NCBI RefSeq assembly: GCF_006345805.1
Contig: NC_042998.1
Span: 5,828,001 to 5,892,000 of the forward strand
DNA from: Octopus sinensis
Taxonomy: Eukaryota
DNA: 64,000 nt
Direction of reading: 5' to 3'
Shown here: piece after piece, positions 1 through 12,510 of the stretch
How positions within the stretch are numbered: the first letter of the stretch is position 1
How the letters are laid out: each line of letters opens with the position of its first letter
Translations under genes and position numbers: made by a program
Notes under the pieces: generated by a model
Database searches by the model: none
Told to the model about the DNA's origin: nothing
Seen by the model: only the letters and a program-made list of their open reading frames with translations

Positions 1-595
1 CCCCAGTGTTCAATTGGTACTTTTTCATCGACAACTGAAAGATGAAAGTCAAAGTGGACCTGAAACAGAATTTGAACCCAAGACATACAGACAGACAAAA
101 TGCCACTAAGCATGTTGCCCAGCATGCTAATGATTCTTATTTTTTTATTGTCCACAAGGGGCTAAACATAGAAGGGACAAACAAGGGCAAAGGGATTAAG
201 TCGATTATATCGATCCCAGTGCGTAACTGATACTTATTTAATTGACCCCAAAAGGATGAAAAGCAAAGTTGACCTTGGCGGGATTTGAACTCAGAATGTA
301 CTGGCAAACGAAACATCACTAAGCATTTCGCCCGGCATGCTTACGATTCTGCCAGCTCACTGCCTTAAAGAACCAGAATAATTATTCCTTTCTACTAAAG
401 GGACAAGGCCTGAAATTTTAGGTGAGTAGGACTAGTCAATTACATCGACCCCAGTGCACTTATTTTATCACCCCCTAAAGGATGAAAGGCAAAAATCAAT
501 TTTGGTAAGATTTGAACTCAGAACGTAAAGACAGTGAAAATGCCACAAAGCATTTTGTCCAGCGTGTTAATGATTTTGCCAGCTTGTCACCTTAT
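1..595 (-). mobile_element. Cluster of three SINE family B copies (tRNA head plus Nin/Deu-like core)
   Basis: Reverse complement of aaggcggcgagctggcagaa...gagttcaaat...gcctttcatcctttcggggtcgat...aagtacc. Confidence 0.85.
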
Positions 596-1234
596 TCCTG
601 CTTTCAATATTGATCTTAGATTTGCTACCACTGAAATACTTTATTCTACATCCACTGATTCTTCTTTTGAAATTCCTTTAAACTGGGAGTCACTGATATT
701 ACATGTAAATTTGATATCCATTTTTATATTATTTTCCAAATGTAAAAAGTTATAGAAAAGATTATTCTAATGGAGAAGAAAATAAAAAGAGAATTTCTCT
801 CAAAATTTGAAGAACACAAATTTCATGTTTTGAAAATATTGGACTATGGTGCAGCATGGATTTATCTTGTGAAATCATGTATCATCACTTACATAATAAT
901 GAGATTTATATCAATATTCTCATTTAAATATGAATAGGTAATAACAGGCAGATGATAATTTAGACGCATGAAAATTTTGGGTAGGTTAGTAACAAAAGAG
1001 TTGAAATATGATTGTATGTATGCATGCATGTATGTATATTTTAATGAATAATGCATTTTTGCCTCTGCCTACCCTATTGAAAATATATACCATTTCCATT
1101 TATATATTAGGAATGTGTTGATAATAACAGTACTTGCAGGATGGGAAAACTGAAATTTAACATATATATATATATATATATATACATAGGTGCATGCAAT
1201 CATATTGTGTGCATGTTTGAATGATGCATTTATA

Positions 1235-1442
1235 TTGCTGAGAAATTCCTGGCTTTAAGGGTATCATGGAAGGCTTGGATGGAGGCCTAACCTTCCAAGT
1301 TCTTTTACAGGGATTAGAAAAACCAAGGGACAGCTGCAATAAGTGTGTGAATCTGAAGGGGGAATATGTTGGATAAAATCATAATTAACTGATCCTCCTG
1401 TATTTTCTTTTACCCAAAGCCAAGAACTTTTCAACACCCCTG
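1235..1442. mobile_element. Mariner-type MITE, inverted copy
   Basis: Reverse-complement match to 13964-14179. Confidence 0.75.
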
Positions 1443-4400
1443 CATATGCATGTATGTATGTATATATATATATATATCTGTATTTACACACACACATGCG
1501 CGTGCAGATACTCGTACATACGCATGATAGAAGAGGATAGGCTGCAATGAGTAATGTAAATATACAAATAGACTTTTTTTTTCTAAGATATTTTTTTCTA
1601 AGCAACATCTCTATAATAATATTTCTTCAATTTAGTTACCTAAGGAGATTCAATCATATTTTGAAATAAAATTCTAGAACCTTAATAGCAGTTGTCATTC
1701 CTAAGCCATTATATTAACCGGCGCCAGACCCTTGCGCATCAAAGACAGCGAATAAAATGACAGCAGCATATTCCAAACTATTTTTGTTTTATACTTTACT
1801 TCTCATATTCTTTATATTTTGTTTCTTGCTTAACTGTTATATATATATTTTTAATATTTTGTTTATTCTTTCTTGGCAGGAATGGTTTTATTTGATGGCT
1901 GGTTGTGTTGTTGTGTGTTGAATGTTATTTCATTGTCAATGCTAATAAAATAAAACAATGTAACCAACGCCCCTTACATGTCCTTCAGTTAGAATTGAAC
2001 TTTTTAAGCAAGAGAAAATGAAATAATTTGGGATTCCTATAGCATATTATATCCATCACAGCTAAGTTATTTAGTCAGCATACCCATAGGGAAATCTGCC
2101 CCATGAGAAAGACACAAATCTAAGCATGTTAGATTGTTCAGTATATAAGATGTGATGTGTAAGAGAAAATGTGTATAGATAAATATTGTTATTGTTCATG
2201 GTAGAACAAGAATATAGAATTATGAAGAAAAGATGAAAAAAGACACAAACTATATCTATTAAGATACTTTCATTTTCAGTAACAATAATACACTTGTCAC
2301 ACTATTATATTAGCGTATATTTTTTTTATTTCATTTTTTTTAAGTTCTTTTTTTTTATTTTGCTGCACAACACACTCTTATAATAATATTGGATCAGTTT
2401 GTCTCCTTAGACCTTAGTAACAGGATTTCAAACAGCTCACATGATGCTCTTTCTTATGTTGCTATAGTATTCAGTCATACATACATGCATCAACGTGTGT
2501 GTGTGCGTATGTATGTATGTATGTATATATATATATATATATGTATAGACATCCTATTTATTTTTATGATGACTCAGATACAGTTTCAGGAATACTAGTT
2601 AGCATATTTACATTAATACAACTGCAAACAAGCATATGTGTACAGAAACAAACGCCGGCATTAAAATAAATCTATATATAGTGATGTAGTTGTGAAAATA
2701 CATGCCTGAAGGTATCATCAAAATTATCTGTATTGATTTTTACATCTAATTTCTCTCCTTGTTAGAATGGGTTGACTGTATCTATAAATCAAACATTTGA
2801 GTTTCACTCATGTTATCAGGTAGTCTGAGGGACAGAAACAATCTTCTCCAATCTGCTTTTATTTTGCAAGTATAAAATAAAATCAAATGGAAATTGCAGT
2901 TGTGATACCTGTACTGGTGGCACGTAAAAAAACACCATCCGAACGTGGCCGATGCTACACAAGAAGCACCAACCGATCGTGGACATTGCCAGTGGCACGT
3001 AAAAAGCACCCACTACACTCGCGGAGTGGTTGGCGTTAGGAAGGGCATCCAGTTGTAGAAACATTGCCAGATAAGACTGGAGCCTGGTGCAGCCTTCTGG
3101 CTTCACAGATCCCCGGTCGAACCGTCCAACCCATGCTAGCATGGAAAACAGACGTTAAATGATGATGAAGATGATATTTCTTTTATTGTTAGTTACAGTT
3201 TCGTAATATTTTCAGTTCACCCAACATACCTCTTCTCCTACAATGATGTTTCTTTTGTAACAAACTTCCAATGGTTTTGATAAAAGTCACTTTTGCAATT
3301 CAATTTTTCTTTGCCTAAACCCTAAAGCTACACACAATGAATAATACTTGATTTGTTTTTCTTCTTTCATTGTAGATTATTTACATTGCCAAAGCAACAA
3401 GCTGGCCTTCATGCCGATGGCACGCTAAAAACACCATTCGAGCATGATCGTTACCACGTCGCCTTACTAGCACTTGTGCTGGTGGCACGTGAAAAAAACA
3501 TTCGAGTGAGATCGTTGCCAGTACCACCTGACTGGCCCTCGTGCTAGTGGCACATAAAAGCACCCACTACACTCTCGGAGTGGTTGGCATTAGGAAGGGC
3601 ATCCAACCAGATCAGAAGGGCATCTGCCAGATCAGATTGGAGTCTGGTTCGCCAGACCTCCGTCAAATCATCCAACCCATGCTAGCATGGAAAGCAGGCG
3701 TTAAATGATGATGATGTCAAGTTTTGCACCGTTTAACCAAAATACTTCTTACCTGTCTTTATACAGACCGTCTTCCACTGCACTTTGTTTCCAACAGAAG
3801 CATCAGTCCAATAAACATCCTTCAATAACATCCACTTCCTCACTACCTAAAGTCGGTAACTCCAGCTTTAACATCATGTCACATAAGTATAAAAACTACT
3901 TGCATCCAGACATTTAAACAGTCCTTTAACTTCAATTTAAGGTTAACTTATGCGAACCTAAAATTTTCCCAATCTACTTTTCTGAAGACCTGACATCATC
4001 TTTTGTGTACACATTATTTGTAGTAATTAAGGTGATCAGCAGATAGAATTGTTAGCAGGTGAAAGAAAATGGTTAGCAGTATTTCTTCCAGGTCAATTTT
4101 GCTGAAGCCCCAGGCAAGCAACTGGGGTTTATGTAACTGACTACCTCCTTCCACTAAAACTGCAGCTCATCCCAAAATTCAAAACCATTATTTGTATTAA
4201 GTACTTAGCACTAAATTCCTTCTTACTCCTTTTCTACATATCAGATAAAATTACTTCTCTGCTGTAGATTTGATGTTGTTAACTATCATCACTTTCAAAT
4301 TGGAACCAGATTGGAGTCTGGTTCGCCAGACCTCAGTCAAATCATCCAACCCATGCTAGCATGGAAAGCAGACGTTAAATGATGATGATGTCAAGATTTG

Positions 4401-4711
4401 CACCGTTTAACCAAAATACTTCTTACCTGTCTTTATACAGACCGTCTTCCATTGCACTTTGTTTCCAACAGAAGCATCAGTCCAATAAACAACTAGACTC
4501 TTGATCCCAATTCTGGGATTATGCAGTATCCTTGATCAAGGAATTATATACATCCTAGAATGGTAGTCTTTCACAATACTCTATTCCACTTAGCTGGAGT
4601 ATTAAGACAGGCAGAAAGCTTGGTTCAGCCCCAAGTTTATATGGCAGCAGGGATGAGACAATGCCACAACAAAATAACTTTCAGGTGAAACTCGAAGTCC
4701 TAGTCAACTTG

Positions 4712-5166
4712 ATCTTCACAAATTGACTCTACTTTCAGTATAGTTTTAGTCACTCTGAAACTTGCTCTAAAATAAAGATTTTATTTTAATAGACACACAC
4801 ACACATATAGAATGCTAGTGTATGTGTGAGTATAAACCTGCATACAAATAAGCATTCCCGAAAATATTAATATACATGTTCATGTTAAAAAGACAGGAAA
4901 AATCCTCATCACTTTAACAGCAACAATGAAAACAATAACACAATCATTTATGTATGTAGATATTTATTTTATGAAATATGACTAACTCTTTGACTCTCCT
5001 TTTCACACACCATGTACAGGGATTTTTTTGTGATTTTTAAATGTTCTTCTTTTTCTTGCCTTTTGAAGTCTTCTTTTGTTTCTGATGCAGTGTTTTAGTC
5101 AATGGCTTCTGAGTTTGTTTCGAGGAGCTTTGCTCTGCTTTCACAGTCTTTTTGTTGCTATCTCTC
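4712..5166 (-). pseudogene. DDX49: Truncated copy 1 of the DDX49 terminal exon and 3' UTR
   Basis: Matches about 9952-10521; lacks the 5' half of the exon and the native acceptor. Confidence 0.85.
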
Positions 5167-5167
5167 G

Positions 5168-5928
5168 TGAAAATTTTTGCCGAAAATTTTATCCAAAAAT
5201 TTTTCGAAAATTTCACCTGAAAATTTTACCCAAAAATTTTTTGAAAATTTTCACCCAAAATTTTACACAAAAATTTTTCGGAAATTTTCACCCAAAATTT
5301 TACACAAAAATTTTTTTAAAATTTTCACCAAATATTTTTCGAAAATTTTTGCAGAAAATTTTCACCAAAAACTTTTCGAAAATTTTACCCAAAAAATGCA
5401 TCTTAAAAAATAAAATAAAATAAAAAAATAAAATAAAATAATGAAAAAAATAAATAAATAAAACAAAGTAAAATTAAAAAAAAAAAAAAAATTAAATTAA
5501 ATAAAAAAGAAAACAAAAAATAAAATAAAACAAAAAATAATAAAATAAAAAATAAAATAAAACAAAAAATAAAATTTTAAAAAACAAAAACAAAAAATTA
5601 ACTTAAATAAAAAAATATAAATAAAATAAAAAAACAAAAAATAAAAAATAAAATAAAACAAAAAATAATAAAATAAAAAAAACAAAAAATAAAATAAAAA
5701 ATTAAATAAAATAAAAAAATTAAATAAAAAATAAATAAATAATATATAAAAAAACAAAAACAAAAAATAAAAAATAAAACAAAAAATAAAATAAAAAATA
5801 AAGTAAAATAAAACATTAAATAAAATAAAAAAAAATAGAATAACACTTTTTCACCGAAAGTCTTAACTAAAAATTCTTTGAAAATTTTTGGTGAAAATTT
5901 TGCCAAAAAATTTTCCGAAAATTTTCAC
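5168..5928. repeat. About 12-bp AAAATTTT-core satellite, A-rich (AAAAT/AAAAC)n tract, satellite again
   Basis: Units like cgaaaattttcac and ccaaaaatttttc at 5168-5400 and 5845-5928; A-rich tract about 5405-5840. Confidence 0.9.
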
Positions 5929-7186
5929 TGTGCAGGTGGCACATAAAAAGCACCATATGAGCGTGGCTGTTGCCAGTACCACCTGACTGGCCCTCGTGCT
6001 AGTGGCACATAAAAGCACCCACTACACTCTCGGAGTGGTTGGCATTAGAAAGGGCATCCAGCCAGATCAGAAGGGCATCTGCCAGATCAGATTGGAGTCT
6101 GGTTCGCCAGACCTTCGTCAAATCATCCAACCCATGCTAGCATGGAAAGCAGACGTTAAATGATGATGATGTCAAGTTTTGCACCGTTTAACCAAAATAC
6201 TTCTTACCTGTCTTTATACAGACCGTCTTCCACTGCACTTTGTTTCCAACAGAAGCATCAGTCCAATAAACATCCTTCAATAACATCCACTTCCTCACTA
6301 CCTAAAGTCGGTAACTCCAGCTTTAACATCATGTCACATAAGTATAAAAACTACTTGCATCCAGACATTTAAACAGTCCTTTAACTTCAATTTAAGGTTA
6401 ACTTATGCGAACCTAAAATTTTCCCAATCTACTTTTCTGAAGACTTGACATCATCTTTTGTGTACACATTATTTGTAGTAATTAAGGTGATCAGAAGGTA
6501 GAAATTTAGCAGGTGAAGGAAAATGTTTAGCAACATTTCTTCCAGCTCTTTATCTTCTGATTCCACCAAGGTCAATTTTGCTGAAGCCCCAGGCAAGCAA
6601 CTGGGGTTTATGTAACTGACTACCTCCTTCCACTAAAACTGCAGCTCATCCCAAAATTCAAAACCATTATTTGTATTAAGTACTTAGCACTAAATTCCTT
6701 CTTACTCCTTTTCTACATATCAGATAAAATTACTTCTCTGCTGTAGATTTGATGTTGTTAACTATCATCACTTTCAAATTATCAGATTGGAGTCTGGTTC
6801 GCCAGACCTCAGTCAAATCGTCCAACCCATGCTAGCATGGAAAGCAGACGTTAAATGATGATGATGTCAAGTTTTGCACCGTTTAACCAAAATACTTCTT
6901 ACCTGTCTTTATACAGACCGTCTTCCATTGCACTTTGTTTCCAACAGAAGCATCAGTCCAATAAACAACTAGACTCTTGATCCCAATTCTGGGATTATGC
7001 AGTATCCTTGATCAAGGAATTATATACATCCTAGAATGGTAGTCTTTCACAATACTCTATTCCACTTAGCTGGAGTATTAAGACAGGCAGAAAGCTTGGT
7101 TCAGCCCCAAGTTTATATGGCAGCAGGGATGAGACAATGCCACAACAAAATAACTTTCAGGTGAAACTCGAAGTCCTAGTCAACTT

Positions 7187-7663
7187 GATCTTCACAAATT
7201 GACTCTACTTTCAGTATAGTTTTAGTCACTCTGAAACTTGCTCTAAAATAAAGATTTTATTTTAATAGACACACACACACATATAGAATGCTAGTGTATG
7301 TGTGAGTATAAACCTGCATACAAATAAGCAATAGTCTTGTGCTAATAAGCATTCCCGAAAATATTAATATACATGTTCATGTTAAAAAGACAGGAAAAAT
7401 CCTCATCACTTTAACAGCAACAATGAAAACAATAACACAATCATTTATGTGTGTAGATATTTATTTTATGAAATATGACTAACTCTTTGACTCTCCTTTT
7501 CACACACCATGTACAGGGATTCTTTTGTGATTTTTAAATGTTCTTCTTTTTCTTGCCTTTTGAAGTCTTCGTTTGTTTCTGATGCAGTGTTTTAGTCAAT
7601 GGCTTCTGAGTTTGTTTCGAGGAGCTTTGCTCTGCTTTCACAGTCTTTTTGTTGCTCTCTCTC
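7187..7663 (-). pseudogene. DDX49: Truncated copy 2 of the DDX49 terminal exon and 3' UTR
   Basis: Matches about 9952-10521; same breakpoint as copy 1. Confidence 0.85.
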
Positions 7664-9364
7664 CTGAAAATTTTTGCTGAAAATTTTATCCAAAAATTTT
7701 TCGAAAGTTTTCACCGAAAATTTTCCCCAACAATTTTTCGAAAATTTTACCCAAAAATTTTTCGGAAATTTTCACCGAAAATTTTCCTCAAAAACTTTTC
7801 GAAAATTTTCACCAAAAACTTTTCGAAAATTTTCACCAAAAATATTTCGAAAATTTTACCCAAAAATGCAACTTAAAAAATAAAATAAAATAATGAAAAA
7901 AACAAAGTAAAATAAAAATAAAATAAAAGTAAAACAAAAAATAAAATAAAACAAAAAATAAGATAAAATAATAAAGAAAAAAAACAAAAACAAAAAATAA
8001 TAAAATAAAAAATAAAATAAAACAAAAAATAAAATAAAAAAACAAAAAAATAAATAATTAAATTAAATTAAAAAAATATAAATAAATGAAAAAAAAACAA
8101 AAAAATAAATAATTAAATTAAATAAAAATATAAATAAATGAAAAAAACAAAAAAATAAAATAAAAACTAAAATAAAACAAAAATAATATAAAACAAAAAG
8201 TTAAAATAAAATAAAAACTAAAATAAAATTTAAAAAAAAAATAAAATAAAAAATTAAATTAAAAAACAAAATTAAAAAAAATAATAATAAATAAATAAAA
8301 TAAAACAACAAAATAAAATAAAAAATCAAGTAAAAAAAAAAAAAAAAAAAAAAAATAACAATTTGTCACCGAAAGTCTTAACTAAAAATTCTTCGAAAAT
8401 TTTTGGTGAAAATTTTGCCAAAAAATTTTCTGAAAATTTTACACAAAAATTTTTTGAAAATTTTCACCGAAAATTTTACCTAAAAATGTTTCGAAAATAT
8501 TCACCGAAAATTTTCTCCAAATATGTTTCGAAAGTTTTCACTGAAAATTTTCCCCAAAAATTTTTTCGAAAAGTTTACCCGAAAATTTTACCCAAAAATT
8601 TTTCGGAAATTTTCACCGAAAATTTCACCCAAAAATTCTTCGAAAATTTTACACAAAAATTTTTTTTAAATTTTCACCAAAAATTTTTCGAAAATTTTTA
8701 CCGAAAATTTTACCCAAAAATTCTTCGAAAATTTTCACCGAAAATTTAACACAAAATTTTCATCGAAAATTTTACACAAAAATTTTTCGAAAACTTTTAT
8801 CGAAACTTTTAACCAAAAATTTCCTGAAAATTTTCACTGAAAATTTTACCCAAATTTTTTTTAAATTTTCACCAAAAATTTTACCCAAAAATTTTTCGGA
8901 AATTTTCACCGAAAACTTTACCCAAAAATTCTTCGAAAATTTTAACCAAAAGTTTTCCGAAAATTTTACACAAAAATTTTTTTTAAATTTTCACCAAAAA
9001 TTTTTCGGAAATTTTCACCGAAAATTTTACCCAAAAATTTTTACGAAAATTTTTACCGAAAGTTTTACCCAAAAATTTTTCGGAAATTTTCACCGAAAAT
9101 TTTACCCAAAAATTTTTCGAAAATTTTACTCAAAAATGTTTCGAAAATTTTCCCCAAAAATTTTTCGAAAATTTTACCCGAAAATTTTTCGAAAATTTTA
9201 CCCAAAAATGTTTCGAAAATTTTCAACGAAAGTTTTACCCAAAAATTCTTTGAAAATTTTTGGTGAAAATTTTACCAAAATTTTACGAAAATTTTCACTG
9301 AAAATTTTACACAAAAATTTTTTGAAAATTATCACCGAAATTTTTTGAAAATTTTTGCCAAAAA
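7664..9364. repeat. Second, longer satellite / A-tract / satellite block
   Basis: Same layout; distal satellite expanded to about 1 kb (8362-9364). Confidence 0.9.
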
Positions 9365-9650
9365 TCCTCTGCTATAGCCCCTGGCCGACCAATGCCTTGT
9401 GAGTGGATTTGGTAGACGGAAACTGAAAGAAGCCTGTCGTATATATGTATATATGTATGTGTGTGTGTGTTTGTGTGTCTGTGTTTGTCCCTGTAGCATT
9501 GCTTGACAACCGATGCTGTCACTTAGCGGTTCGGCAAAAGAGATCGATAGAATAAGTACTGGGCTTACAAAGAATAAGTCCCGGGGTCGATTTGCTCGAC
9601 TAAAGGCGGTCCTGCAGTCAAATGACTGAAACAAGTAAAAGAGTAAAGAG
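9365..9650 (+). mobile_element. SINE family A, 5'-truncated at the satellite
   Basis: Matches the body and tail of 17404-17800. Confidence 0.85.
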
Positions 9651-10321
9651 TATACGAAGTTACATTTATACATAATTACCTACCCACGCACACATATATA
9701 CATTCAGGTGAATAAGGCACTTTCTGTGACCAGCGATGATTGTGGAATTACAAAATATGCCCATGCCATGCATTTTAAATGTTCTTAATAGTATACAGTA
9801 ATTTTAAAATAGGGACATTTAAAAAAGTAGGGGCAAAAAGAATAATGAACTGTAAGTTAATGTGATACATAAAATTTGAATTACTAGTGACTTTACACAA
9901 AAAAGAAGGAAAAAAAGATACAAAATAGAATATTGAACCGAAAAGTTAAACGATCTTCACAAATTGACTCTACTTTCAATATGGAGTCAGTAAATATTGT
10001 TGTCACTCCGAAACTTGCTCTAAAATAATTATTTCATTTTAATAGACACACACACACACACATATAGAATGCTAGTGTATGTGTGAGTATAAACCTGCAT
10101 ACAAATAAGCAATAATCTTGTGCTACTAAGCATTCCCAAAATTTTTCAAAAATTTTCACTGAAAAAAAAAAATTTAAAATAAAAATAAATAAATAAAATA
10201 AAATAAAATAAAAAATAAAATAAAATAAAAAAACATGTTCATGTTAAAAAGACAGGAAAAATCCTCACCACTTTAACAGCAACAATGAAAACAATAACAC
10301 AATCATTTATGTATGTAGATA

Positions 10322-10327
10322 TTTATT
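10322..10327 (-). promoter_or_regulatory. Candidate polyadenylation signal AATAAA for DDX49
   Basis: tttatt on + about 70 nt past the stop; AT-rich context weakens this. Confidence 0.35.
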
Positions 10328-10394
10328 TTATGAAATATGACTAACTCTTTGACTCTCCTTTCACACACCATGTACAGGGATTCTTTTGTGATTT

Positions 10395-10658
10395 TTAAAT
10401 GTTCTTCTTTTTCTTGCCTTTTGAAGTCTTCGTTTGTTTCTGATGCAGTGTTTTAGTCAATGGCTTCTGAGTTTGCTTCGAGGAGCTTTGCTCTGCTTTC
10501 ACAGGCTTTTTGTTGCTCTCTCTTGTTGTTTGTCCTACTGTTGATGCTGCAGCCTTCTCTTTAGGAAACCTATTAGAACGTGAGAGGAAAGCCTCTTTTC
10601 TTTTTTTCATTTCCTCTCGTCTTTTCTTTCTTCTTTCTTTTTCTCTTTGATCTGGATC
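10395..10658 (-). CDS. DDX49: DDX49 terminal coding exon (DPDQREKERRKKRREEMKKRK...KGKKKKNI*)
   Basis: Acceptor ttttcatatatcag. DPD continues the conserved ILEG(K/E)DPD motif in phase 0. Basic low-complexity tail ends at TAA. Confidence 0.85.
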   Translation of the reverse strand, partial: DPDQREKERRKKRREEMKKRKEAFLSRSNRFPKEKAAASTVGQTTRESNKKPVKAEQSSSKQTQKPLTKTLHQKQTKTSKGKKKKNI

Positions 10659-10973
10659 CTGATATATGAAAATAAATAAATAAATAAACATTAAAGTAAA
10701 ATGTAAATTGATGAAATAAATTCAACAGAACAGTAAATGGGTTAGAGAGTAGCTAAGTCTATGTATCTGCACACATATTTGTGTATGTGTGGGCATATCA
10801 GGTTTGGGCTGATGTACTGAGTGACATATTAAAAACATTCTCAACCATTTGAAACTCAAGTTTAGTTTGAGAAAAAAAAATGGTACTTCTTGGAGGTACT
10901 CAAAAAAAAAAAAAAGAGACGGTTTTTAGAAATTAAGAATGAATTTTAAAATAAATCAATTTATGCATTTAAT

Positions 10974-11381
10974 CTTTTACTCTTTTTACTCTTTTACTTA
11001 TTTCAGTCATTTGACTGTGGCCATGCTGGAGCAGCGCCTTTAGTCGAGCAAATCGACCCCGGGACTTATTCTTTATAAGCCCAGTACTTATTCTATTGGT
11101 TCTTTTGCCGAACCGCAAAGTGACGGGGACGTAAACACACCAGCATCGGTTGTCAAGCAATGCTAGGGGGACAAACACAAACACACATACACACTCATAC
11201 ATATATATATATATACATATATACGACAGGCTTCTTTCAGTTTCTGTCTACCAAATCCACTCACAAGGCTTTGGTCGGCCCGGGGCTATAGCAGAAGACA
11301 CTTGCTCAAGATGCCATGCAGTGGGACTGAACCCGGAACCATGTGGTTGGTTAGCAAGCTACTTACCACACAGCCACTCCT
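10974..11381 (-). mobile_element. SINE family A
   Basis: Reverse-complement match to 17404-17800. Confidence 0.9.
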
Positions 11382-11531
11382 GGGGAAAAAACTTGAACTT
11401 TGTTATGAAATTAATGTGCTGTTAATTATATGTTTCTGTATTAATTGACCTTACCAGAAGTTAACCTGATCATTCAGCAGAGGTTTTACATATTCAAAAA
11501 GAGGAGAGAGTTACAAAGAGTAGCAATTTAA

Positions 11532-11751
11532 CCCTTTTGTTACTGTATTTATTTTGTGATGCTCTGTTTTTATTTCATTTACTTTAAATACAACAAAAAA
11601 TTTGGTTGAATAATTTAGTTATCATTCATCTAGTGTTAGGAACATAAATTGTGACTGAGGCTTGGTGGAAGATTTTAATTCAAAACTTATGAAAACAAGA
11701 CACTTGTACTCAGAAATAGAGCCGGTTTCAGCCGGGTTGGTAACGAAAGGG
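11532..11751. mobile_element. piggyBac-type MITE
   Basis: TTAA on both sides; TIRs cccttttgttac / gtaacgaaaggg. Confidence 0.82.
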
Positions 11752-12377
11752 TTAAATACAGCTGTCACTTTGTCCACTACTAAGGACTACTTTCCTCTAA
11801 GCATGTAAATTAAATTACGTGAAATTGATTCTTAAATTCTTGGAATTATCTCTCTGTATGTAGATCACAAAACAAATAAAACTTGGCATCAAAACAGTTA
11901 ACGAAGAAACAACTCAAGAAAATGAATAAAAAAAATACCAGACAAACAGTAAAAAACAAAGCAAAATAAAACCATACAAAACAACTAGCTGCATGAATAG
12001 CAGCAACAATGTCCACACAACAATAATGAATTCAAGTAACATACAGCACTAGTAAGATACTTAGCAAACACGTTTTCAAACCTTTGAGAACAGTTATTAC
12101 AAGGGAGATAATAATTTCCTTATAATATTTGGAGGGAGTAGAAAGTCGAATTTGAAATAAGGAATACAAATATCTATTTTTTGCTAACCTTTCATGAAGT
12201 TCTTAGCATTTCTTATCAGTGGTAATAATGTACAGAACTATGTAATTCTTTTTAGAAATCAAAATTAGTCACCAAAACAGGCGACACAAAAAAAAAAATG
12301 GAAATATAAAACACACAGATACTTAGAATACAGAAGAACACCTTTCTTCCATTAGATATCAGAAAAAAATAAATGTC

Positions 12378-12479
12378 CTACAGTGTGGCACTTTCGGCAA
12401 GTATCTTCTTACTATAGCCTTGGGCTGACCAAAGCCTTGTGAGTGGATTTGGTAGACGGAAACTGAAAGAAGCTTGTCG

Positions 12480-12510
<31 letters not shown>

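Larger units (their letters stand above)
3480..8440. repeat. Tandem segmental duplication, two units of about 2.45 kb (about 3480-5928 and 5929-8440)
   Basis: Near-identical sequence (ORFs 3705-3917 and 6160-6372 translate identically), including the DDX49 3' fragment, satellite and A-rich tract. Confidence 0.92.

Noticed and set aside
1862-1955. Plus-strand acceptor (ttctttcttggcag) followed by AATAAA, a possible last exon of a convergent gene
   Set aside because: No recognisable coding sequence or partner exon in the window; AT-rich chance match is likely.
2782-2865. Possible minus-strand terminal exon
   Set aside because: Poor polypyrimidine tract and no recognisable protein.
5076-9348. 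K/F/I-rich ORFs (for example 5076-5423, 8363-8749)
   Set aside because: Translations of the satellite and A-tracts.
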